This document shows, piece by piece, positions 53,288 through 64,000 of a stretch of 64,000 bases of DNA. Below the pieces are notes generated by a model, which saw only the letters and a list, made by a program, of their open reading frames with translations, made no database searches and was not told the origin of the DNA. This DNA is from Octopus vulgaris (Eukaryota). The translations under genes and the position numbers were made by a program. The DNA lies in the NCBI GenBank assembly GCA_951406725.2, contig OX597825.1, positions 51,150,001 to 51,214,000 of the forward strand, given 5' to 3'. Numbering within the stretch: position 1 is the first letter of the stretch; each line of letters starts with the position of its first letter.

Positions 53288-53439
53288 ATCCAATAATTAA
53301 TTAATTTATTAATTACCTTGAATACACATTACTCAAATTAAATATTGTAAATGACTTGAGATACTCGTCCTGCCTTGGCTTTTGATGTCCTTTTTTATCT
53401 AATACACACACACACACACACACACATACACACACACAT

Positions 53440-53501
<62 letters not shown>

Positions 53502-53645
53502 AAATTTCGCTTAATCATTGCAATACTAAATTGGTGTAGAAGACTCAATAGTATTCCTCTGAACGAAGCGTTAATCGAGTACACGACGCTAATAAGAAAA
53601 AAAAATGATGACAAAAGAATAAATGATTATTTTATGAGTTTCATT

Positions 53646-53726
53646 AAATTACAGCCGTTTCTGCTATAGGGTGCGGTAAGCTGATAGTTGAGTGCCTGAG
53701 TAACACGTTATTGCTTCATCAGAGCT
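53646..53726 (-). ncRNA. Hammerhead-like motif with long stem II, in a pLTR-like segment between (TA)n tracts
   Basis: Minus strand: agct CTGATGA A gcaata...tatagca GAAA CGGCTG TA. Same stem III as 43364; stem I is poor. Confidence 0.45.
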
Positions 53727-53999
53727 TCAAACATGAAATGCAGTGTATTTGGAAAAACAATTGCACTTATGCATATATATAAGACATGCTTTCTCACTCG
53801 TAATGCTTTTCTGCATATATGCGTAAATGTTGTTTTCTCAAATAAATTGTACTTCATGTTTGCGGCTTCGATGAAGCTGGAACTCAAATATGAGACCACA
53901 CATATTATGGCAGAAACATCTGTAAGCTAAGGAAGTTCATAGGATAATCATTTATTCCTTTGTCATTTCTTTTTTTCCTACACACATGCATGCATGCAT

Positions 54000-54113
<114 letters not shown>

Positions 54114-55329
54114 CTCTAAACACGTATGTGTGTATATAATATGTATTTATGTAAACAAACGTCATTTGAATCATTCAGACGAACATATCAAGGATAAATT
54201 GTAATCGGCGATGTATGAGAATTCCTCGTTTAATTTCATTTGTGAAATATGTGTTAAATTAGAATCAATAACATTTGAAGTTTCCTCACCAATAAAAGAT
54301 TAGGAAGAAGACGGTACGACGTGTGTGGAGTCAAGTGCTAAGCTAGTTATAACACCGAATACCATTTTGTTAAATCAAATTGCCAGAGTTGCATGCATAA
54401 CATAAATTCAAAAGAGTCTGAAGAGATTATTAATGTAGTTGTGTTGTGATCTTTGGAAGGAAGAATAGTCCTATGACCTGTAAGATTTCCCCCTAGTTGA
54501 TCACAAAGTTCTATCGGTGATAATGAAGGCGTCAGAGGTAGTGAAATTACGATAAACTAGTCTGTCATTTGAATGTAAACATAACGTATGGAATACATGT
54601 TATCTTGTTATCGACTGTCCGCAACGAAAGACTAATCCAAAAGATAAAAGGTTGGAACGTGACTGGAATTGTTGAATGAATTCGGAGGTGTTGGGGGAAA
54701 TGAGAACAAACTATGCTATGAAATATTTTGTTCTGTTCTACTATAGTTTTATCAAAAAAATTTTCCCAGAGATTCGTCTAGCGAATTCTAATATGAATCA
54801 GAGAAGTTCAAAGTGAATACATGATGACAACTTTATAAAGCAAGAATATAGGAAATCTATATCATTTTGGCTAGCGACAATACTTTCTGTATAACAGACT
54901 TTGTAGATATTTGTAGAACAGTGACATTGTGAAAGTGAAGCACTGGATATAATGAATTTGTGATAAAAACAGTGATACTAAAAAATATAGTATGCTTTTG
55001 GAAAAAATATGAAAGTAGCTATCTGGAAATGGTATTGAAAAAGTAACTCACGTGACAGCAGTTCATATGTATCTAAAGGTTGAAGTTTTATCACAAATAT
55101 GACACTTGTCTCAAATATCTTGTTTTGTCCATTAAAAAAAAAATAATCAGAAGGCAAGTAAACGGCTACTTTCCTAGCTCCTGAAACTAGTGAGATGACA
55201 AGAGGAAGTTTTACTCAACTGGATCACTAGGACGAATGCTTCTATAAAGGATCTATGTTTTCACTGACAAAGAAAAGGATTAAGTCTTACAATCAACCCT
55301 ACTGTCTTGATAAAAAGGTAACATGATTA

Positions 55330-56376
55330 AAGGTAATTCTAGAAATACAAAATTATGAAACTATCACAGTTGAAACGCTTCCGATCATCGCTTTGCTCAA
55401 CCAAACAGGACCTGGTTAATAGAGAAAAAGGATGACTGGATGGAGCAATGGTACTGAGGAGTGGGGAGAAACGAATAGAACGAAAGTGCTTCTGTGTTGG
55501 AAGTACGAGTCTAGCTAGGTTCGAGAAGCAAAGGACATTGTATTGGCGGTAGACCCAAGGAGAAGTGGCATCGCAACTGTGGATTACAGGCTGATATGTG
55601 TCCGTTAGTGATGGAACACACAAATAGTTTTTCTTCGTATACGATCCAGCTTGGGCCTTGTAAATTGTCAACAGCTGTTGGGGTCGAAATATTTTCAATC
55701 ACTGAAGACAAGGACTAGTTTTGAGATGCGGCCTTAGAAATGCTAAGAATATATATTTTCCAGTAGAGATCTTCGATGGTAGTGATACCCATCACTTGAA
55801 AGGCTCTACTTAAGTGCCGCTCATGTTTAGGAAGGGTATGATGCAGTAGTGTTCTCTAGATGTTAGTACTGTGTAAGCTTTTCTTTTTCTATTAAAAGAG
55901 ACAATGTTTACTTGGTTCCACTGGAAGATGCAACCAAGGTATGATGCATGGTCACGGAACATTAAGGATTAAATAGTCGTGGGTGTTGTTAAATGTGACG
56001 CCAAGTTGTTTATAAGTGCATACAAGAAAGATAGTGGGAGACAGAACTGAATTCCAGAGAACATTGCAGTGATGTGATCTCTTGAGAAGTTGCTGATCCA
56101 AAAAAGAAAATTGGATGCTGCTTGTAGGCAGCAAGCTTTGTAGATCTGAATGACAGATATGGTCGAAATCTTTGATGATGTCGAGAGCAATAACATTGCT
56201 CTACTGGAAAACATATATTATTAGCATTTCTAAGGCCGCATCTCAAAACTAGTCCTTGTCTTCAGTGATAGAAAAAATTTCGACACCAACAGCTGTTGAC
56301 AATTTACAAGGCCCAAACTGGATCGTATACGAAGAAAGACCATTTAGCAGACTGGTATTCCATCACTAACGGACAC
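55330..56376 (-). mobile_element. CR1/Jockey-like LINE RT fragment with inverted duplication at its 5' junction
   Basis: NSVLSPTIFLV (motif B-like) and KIFRPQQLLTIYKAQ. Segment 56213-56376 is the reverse complement of 55598-55755. Confidence 0.65.
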
Positions 56377-59300
56377 GAATGAGAAGCCATCGATGAGTAA
56401 TATATATCAGCAGGTTCCCGGTGGTTCTGGCTTTGCAGAAGCTGTACTGGTGGTCCCTGATTGGAAGAAAAGGAAATTCAAAGAGATGGAGAACGTATTT
56501 GTTAATGCCTGTCTTCATTACGCTGGAGATGTTAGAGTTAAGTGCAAAGAGGTTCTGGTTTGCTGGGACCGAAATTTTACAGGAAGAAATATTCTTGTTA
56601 TAACGATGATATATACATTCCTATCATTAATATTATCGTATCCTTCTTCTGAATTTAGTTATTAATGTTTCAAATGTATAAAATATTACACATTTGGAGT
56701 TGATATTTCAGCTTTCTCGAATTTTTTGTTGTGTTTGGCTGATTTATGATAAAAGTAGTAACCATGCGTTCACATATACATATGTTCTTATACTGTTTCT
56801 TCCATTTATTCCTTGCTAATGCGACATGTCTATATATATATGCCTATATCCGTCAGAGGCATCAGTCTGTGTCTAGAGTAAGAATATATGTTATAGACTA
56901 TGTATGCAATTTGGTTTATCTTCCCCGTTTTTATTATTTCTTATATATTACATACTATATAGTTCTTTCTCTCACTCTCTTTCTCTCTATATATATATAT
57001 ATATACGTGTGTGTGTGTATTTTGTGTGTGTGTGTGCGTGCATGTGTAGATGAGCCTGTGTCTATATACGTATGCACGTCTATGCACCTACATATATATG
57101 CATAAATTTACTGAGCTATTTATATATATGCCTATCACTGCCCGTCCTCCTGTTTATTTACCTATCTACCTTTCTATTAGTTTTTATTTTCCCTGACACC
57201 CCTCCTCCCATTTCTATCCGGCCATCAATCTTCTGTTTCATTTGTTTATCATATCATATTATCTGTTTATCTATCCATTCATTTCTTTCTTCCTACGAAA
57301 ACAAATACACTCACAGACACTGTCACGCGTAGCCCGCCATATAAACATAAATACACGTATGCACATATATATATATAGACATACATACATCCACACCCAC
57401 ACACACACACAAGCTAAAAGCATCCACTTATTTATCTATTTATCTTTGCATCTCTAACCTTCTCTGTATCAAAATGCTGATTCGTCCATACATCAATACA
57501 CAACACTTTCAGATTTGATAGTTTCCTCATTAACCTTACTGAATCTGGTTCAACTCTCCGTTAACATAACTGATGACTCGAGATAACCATTATTTTTTCA
57601 TTCAGCCATCCAACTTAATTCTCAACAAGGACAACAGGCGGTGCTAGACTTGTTTGCCACCAAACTTCTCTTGATATATAGTTTCTAATACGAAGGACTG
57701 CTTTGCAGTGGGGAGGTGTTGTTGTTCTTGTTAATTTCTATATTATTCCTGAAAAAATAGTTTAGAATATAGCGTAATAAATTAATTTCGTAAAAATCTA
57801 GCCGTAGGTGAAATGCTGAAATATTCTGACAGAATGGCGGCCATCTATCACTGTAAGATTCAAATTAAGGAATATTTATCTTGTTACTTTGAAACTGTTG
57901 CTGTTCTCTTCTCCATTTCACTCCATCAGAAATGCTCGCTGAACTAGAGACTGATTTCTGTGTTTTGTTATTGTTCCAAAAGATCTTTGCATTCATAGTT
58001 GTATAGTGATGGTTGTCGTTGTGGTTGTTGTTACTGTTGCTGATGATGGTACTTCTGATGGTGATGGTGGTGGTGGTGGCGGTGGTGGTGGTAGTGTTTT
58101 AGTCGTGTTGAGTTTGTGTCTACAATATTGGTTCTAAATTAATGGTTAGTAATGTAGTTGTTATGGTTACTATATTGTTGTTGAAAGGGATGTTTAAAAG
58201 GCTATAGTATTCATGGTAGCATTGTGTTGGCAATAATAATAATAATAGTTATAAGAATGATGTTAACAATAGCAACAATAAAATCGCAACAATAATAAAA
58301 TCATGATCTTAAATTGGCCGCAAGATCCCAAAACATTGAGAATAGCATTACAGGACAAAACGAAATACAGAAATTGGTGGTGTTTACCTCGATCAAAAGG
58401 GAAACCAACAAGAAAGAGGATATAACAATAGCTATAAAAATAGAATGCAGACAATAAATAGAATGGCCGAGTGTGAGGTAATCCATTTAATGCAATTCGG
58501 CGATATTTCCACACAAAAAAGATCGGATTACTCATCTGTCTCAAAGGTATGGAAAGTGCCGTTGTCCAATTATTTTCCTTCTATTTAGGAAACCATACTC
58601 AGGATAAACCTCTCTAGCCTCGCCATTCTTGACATTTTCACCCACTTTTCGAAAAACGCTCTTCAAATCACAGTATTCGTCTCTACCCTGATCGTTCTCT
58701 CTACCCTCACCTTCCTCTTGAAGTATCACTTGAAGAAATTGGTGGGAGCTTGGGCCAGTAATGAGAATGCTTATCTTCAAACCTTTCAGCTCTATCTACC
58801 ACAAGACATCCTTCACCACAACCACTAAGCAGTGAAAAATCTGTTTCCCTTCTATTCTGAAGGTGGTGCTTCTATCTTCATACATGGATTCGTTTTTGCG
58901 CCTATCTGGTAACCTGATAAAACCCTATTTAAATATGACCTAGATGATTTAACTTATTACGATCTGACCAAATCGACATTGGCATATAAGGGAAAATCAA
59001 GGTAAAGCCTGTCAGACATTAAAATGACTGAGAAGGCTTGCGAACTTTTTGTACCTCACTCTCCAATCAGCTACTTCCACTTAATCTTTGCGTGCGTCCA
59101 AGATCCTATTCTAGTGGCCACTATTCTGAAGCTTCTCCGTCTCCTCAATTGCCGCATACGTCCAAGACAACTAACCTACAGACCGATTCTAGGAAAACTG
59201 TTCTCACCTTTACGTCGAACCCTTGATCCAAGCCGATCAAAGTAAGCATTCAGAAAGAGAGCATTATGGATGTCTTAGTCTCACTAATGGATCCAGACGG

Positions 59301-60089
59301 AGTGACCTGAAATAGTTTAGCAGGTGGCCTTACTTATACGCCGCTTCCTTGGTTCGACCGTAATCAGAGAGGGGGCTTTGTACGGGCGTTCTATGATCTT
59401 ATAGTAAACGCTTCTTCAAAACATGATGCATTTTTGGAGTAATTCTTACCAGAATCCTTCTGTGTAGCGTTTGGGAAATGGTGAGAGCATCAACAGCCAC
59501 CGCTGTTGTGTTTCCTGGAATCTAAAAACTTCATGAACTGCATGTTCTCTGACCGGAGAATTGTGGAGGTGAGAGGCACGTTTGTGCGTTGATGTTGTGT
59601 ATATCCCGTCACTTCCGGCTGGTGCAGTTATTGTATTGGTTAATTTTTCGTCTATACAGCTGTTTTAATATCTCTCGCTGTTGCTGAAGATGTCTTTTCG
59701 GTTACTGATCTTAGTTTTGCTGTTGTTGATTTGTACCTTGTTGTAATCGTAATTATCATTTTCATTAAGAGATTGAAGTATCCACTCGTTTCTGACTTAC
59801 TAAGCTTGGTGCACACAAATCTTTGAGATTGGGGTGTCAAGTCAGTAAATTCACCAGCCTGTTCATTGTTTTTTTTACTTGTTTGAGAATGCTCAAAATT
59901 CACTGACTCATGTGTTATTCTGTCATCTGAGGTTAATTCTAAATGAAAGGACCCAGCCGTATTTGCATTTGATTAGTTCTATATTGTCTGATGTTGATAA
60001 CAACAGCAGACAATATAGAAATTGCGATGGTGGTGATGACGGCGGTGGTAGTGGTAGTGGTAATGATGATGGTTGTGGAAAAGGTAACT

Positions 60090-60660
60090 GAGTGACTTGC
60101 TCTCGCGCCCTTCATTAAGTGGTGAAATATTTTGTGGATACTGAAGTTGTTGTAATGGCTCCACAGTGGACACGAAAGCTATCGAGTGATCTGTTTTGCC
60201 ACAAGCATAACAGCTGAAGTTTCTACTTCGCAATCTTCAAAATGGAATGCCATTCACGTCTTATGCGGAAATCAAATCCAGGAACTCCATTGATATTTCC
60301 GTTCAATTGTGTTGTGAGCTGGACTTCATACTCCTTATCTTCCCATGCTCTTCTTGCATGGTCTTTACTCTGGTCTAGTCCCTATGATTGCGAACATTTG
60401 TAACTCTAACTTTCGTCACGTAATATCCCATATATATGGATATTATGGCCAACTGCTAGGCGATGCACATTGTTATCCCACCTACGCACATTATGGTCAT
60501 TGTTGCTCATAACTACCAGTCTTAAGCTGTTTTAACTCAGTTTATGTATACTATGGAAGACTACATTTCTTTCAGACACTTTTAGTTGACGACTGAGGAT
60601 ATGCATCGTAACTTCTTTGAGATTAATGGACTTATAAGTTATACATTTCGTTTCTGCTGT
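60090..60660 (-). mobile_element. Possible LTR-retrotransposon gag remnant
   Basis: RSRNFSCYACGKTDH is a partial zinc knuckle; little other support. Confidence 0.3.
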
Positions 60661-60899
60661 AGTACATTTCCTCTTCGGTGAGTGACATACCCCATGGGCA
60701 AACAATATCATTCATGTGTTTTTAACAGCATTCGTACTTTCTTCAAATGAATGAAAGGTTCAGGGAAGTAAAAAGAAAAGTTCTACATGTTAAGTGCAAA
60801 ACTGAATGAGGTAAAAGCATCTCTGCAGTAAACGCACGAGAGAAGTCTGTAATTCTATAATCTGTTGTTTTCCAGAAGACCGAAGAAGAATCTGTAAAG

Positions 60900-61700
60900 T
60901 TTACATAAGTATACACAAGTAAAAAGAAACAAAAGCGAGAAAGAAATATTTGGTGAAAGAGCTGTAGGGTCAGCATCTCAAACATGCGCAGGCTATTGTA
61001 GCAGACGAATATTGCTTATGGATGAAGAATGGGGAATCCAAGAAAGAAACGGGAGAATTCATTATGGCTGTTCAAAGCCAATTATTACGAACAAAAGTCA
61101 CTAAGACAAAAGTAGTCAAAACCGTGGAAAATGTTAAGTGCAGAATGTATAACGGGAAAAATGAGCGTTGCATATAATAGGAACTTTTAGTCCTTTTGCA
61201 CGGAAAGAATATAAACGAGGACACGATAGTGTCGCCCAAGTATTACATTGGGGTTTTTATGTCAAAGGGGTTTTGAACGAAAAATAATACTAACACCAAC
61301 CGGAAACCATGACAGAGAAGGATCAGGTTATGATCTTATGGAAATTGACTTTACAGACTGAACATAAGATTCGAGTAAGTAGATTAAGTATTATGATTCT
61401 GGACAAGCTATCAAGAGAGTACTTCATCACAGATGTGGTTGTGTTCGCTGATATGAGTGTAGAGGTTACAGTAGAAGAAAATGTCAAGAATTAACAAAAG
61501 AAACGACAAGATTGTGGAATGTTTCTGTAAAAGTATTCTGAGTAAATAGAGCGACCTAAATACTCTTACCACCAGACTTCGTACTTTACTCATCGAGATC
61601 GAAGTAAATACGAGAATTGCATTAATATAGAAATCTATCCTACTACGAAGATCAAGAAGTTTTCGAAAGTTCCTCGATGACTAAGGAAACTTATTGTGAC
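60900..61700 (+). mobile_element. R2-group LINE C-terminal (zinc knuckle/RLE) remnant
   Basis: WMKNGESKKETGEFIMAVQSQLLRT, KCRM, KEYKRGHDSVAQVLHW, ILWKLTLQTEHKI. Confidence 0.75.
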
Positions 61701-61779
61701 ACGGAATCTAGAACACTGATTCCAAACCTCACATTTCTATATACTATTAAATCATAATCCTTTTTACTACATGGAAAGG

Positions 61780-61960
61780 GGCCGGCGGTTTTGGGGGAAG
61801 TGGGCGAGTTGATTACACCGACACCAGAGCTTAGGTGGTAATATTTCCTCGTGCCTGAAAAGATGAAAGCAAAGAAGACCTCGGGGTGTTTGTACTCCGA
61901 ACGCAAAGAGCTACAAGAATTGCTGATGAGCATCTTCTCCGGTGTGCTTAACGATTCTGT
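61780..61960 (-). mobile_element. SINE family A
   Basis: Reverse GATGAAAGCAAAG..GACCTCGG and TAACGATTCTG. Confidence 0.65.
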
Positions 61961-62199
61961 CTACTAAATTTGTTCATGTAATAGGACGAGGTCAAAACTT
62001 TTGATGAAAGGAATATTCGATTCTGTAGATTTCCGTAAATAACTTGCATTTTATCAGTCCTTGAGGGCTTAAAGTTAATGCTGATTTCAACATGATTTTA
62101 CCAATAGTCTAGTTGTCTGGTGGTGGGTGATAAAGATAATGTTGGTGGTGAGTATTAAGTAATGGTTCTGGCGATTGAAGAGGTAACATAAATACTAGG

Positions 62200-62575
62200 T
62201 GCAGGCATGGCTGTATGGTAAGAGTCTTGATTTCCAACCACATGGTTCCAGGTTCAGTCCTACTATAGCAGCGGGCCGACCAAAGACTTGTGAGTGGATT
62301 TGGTAGACAGAAACAGAAAGAACATTTTTGTATATATGTGTCTGTTTGTGTGTGTGTATGTCTTTGAGAGTGCTCCTCCGCCACAGCTTGTCAACCGCTG
62401 TTGCTGTACTTACGTCACCATAATCTAGCAGTTCGCCAAGAGAAACCGATATAATAAGTACCTGACTTAACAAAAAATAGGTTTGGGGATCAATTAGCTC
62501 AATAAAAAATTCTTTAAGGTGACGTCTCAGCCTAGACGCAGTGTAATGATTGAAACTTGTAAAAGCATAAAAGAT
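62200..62575 (+). mobile_element. SINE family B
   Basis: GGCATGGCTGTATGGTAAGA...CCAACCACATGGTTCCAGGTTCAGTCC...GTGAGTGGATTTGGTAGAC. Confidence 0.85.
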
Positions 62576-63748
62576 GTATTAGATGTATCCTTTCTTACAC
62601 TACTGTGCAAAATTGATAAGAAAATGATTTGGTTGCTATTTCTAGTGGTTGTGGTAGTTGTTTGGTCTTAGGTCAATTCGTATTGAGATCTCCAATCACA
62701 AACATTCTGATCGGGAATATCCGGCCTTATTCCTATGTGCATAGAACCCACTATAACATTAGCTAACGTGCCCTTTATCATGAAGACACTAGGGTGGGAT
62801 TTTAGGAAATTTAGTTGTTATTTCTAGCTGGTCAAATGACTCATTAGAAGCTCTCTCGTTGTCAATGGTTGTATATGTTTATCATGGCAGAATCTTTGGC
62901 TGATCGCATTATCGCAATGACGATAATGACGATAAAGCGAAGGATGTTGTTAAATGCGATAGTAAATGGAGACAAGTGAAAGCGGTAAGAACTTAAACCG
63001 AACAAGGAAAGAGAGAGAGAGAGAGGGGGAGGAGAGAGATGAAGAGAGAGATGTAGTGAGAGTAGAAGGGAGAGTGTCTCAATTCGTCAAACCTCTCTCG
63101 TGACGCGCTTCACTGGTTATCACCGAAGTTTTCGTTACTATTCAACATAGCATCATGGTAAGTTAATCTTGACTAGCCATCAAGCTATACAACCTCTTGA
63201 CAGATCATCATACCATATGGATGATTACTGACAGGTTGTTTATCTATATCTTCGGCCTGTTCGCCAATTTAAAGACATTTTCTTATTTGCACTTGAACTT
63301 TCTTCACTGTCAGCCGAAACAGTGGAAAGTAATTTGATGAAACAATAGTATTTTGAAGAGAAAAGCTTCATCTTTCGTTTGGCACTTGCAACTGGCAACA
63401 TCCCAGAGATAGCTACATATATCTCTGTATCTATCCCGCTGACGTATTATATCATTAGTTCCGAATGACCAAATACTTATCCCTGTCGCAAATCTATGAT
63501 TGAAAAATTACAAAACAAGTCACTTTCTCCATTCGACGCCAAGTCTCCCACATTTCAATATGAAGGTATCAGGCATATATACTGTAAGCTTAAGGAACAA
63601 CACACACACGCACACACACGCACACACAAACATAAACATACAATCGCATACATACATAAACATGCAAACGTTCTCAAATTCTTAAATACGTACAGCCACC
63701 ACAATCATACGCATGTCTGACACATATTCATACGCACATAAGAATATT

Positions 63749-63870
<122 letters not shown>

Positions 63871-64000
63871 ATGCATATGTGGGCACAGGACGTCACGAAA
63901 CGAGTGCAACAAAAAATACGAAGTACAAGTATATGGGATATGAACTATTTATTGGAACAACGAAAGACACAAATGGAAAACAAGACACACAACACAAAGT

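Larger units (their letters stand above)
52651..53400 (-). mobile_element. Fold-back pLTR cassette with about 250-bp diverged inverted arms, each holding an HHR
   Basis: Arms about 52810-53065 and 53140-53390. Same family as 32194-32605, with (TA)n/(CA)n flanks. Confidence 0.75.

Noticed and set aside
58540-59650. GC-richer segment as a host exon cluster
   Set aside because: No sustained open frame or recognisable domain. It is probably a decayed repeat that I could not classify.

Overview
AT-rich, microsatellite-dense eukaryotic non-coding DNA (intergenic or deep intronic). It is most likely from an octopus or other coleoid cephalopod, inferred from my recollection of the two abundant tRNA-derived SINE families and the repeat landscape. 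I can support no intact host protein-coding gene, and most ORF-track entries are microsatellite or antisense artefacts. The window is a graveyard of mobile elements: a near full-length Neptune-type Penelope-like element (PLE, 3237-6570), several decayed PLEs, R4/Dong-like RLE LINEs at (TAA)n tracts, an RTE LINE, a CR1/Jockey-like fragment, L1/Tx1-like ORF1 pieces, Tc1/mariner and Tigger/pogo fragments, and about 17 SINE copies. The most notable signal is about 10 minimal type I hammerhead-ribozyme (HHR) motifs. Several sit inside short non-coding fold-back cassettes with 80-250 bp inverted arms next to (TA)n-type microsatellites, and in two of these the inversion breakpoint lies within about 10 nt of the predicted self-cleavage site. 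All alignments and RNA folds were read by eye, and boundaries of decayed elements are approximate.
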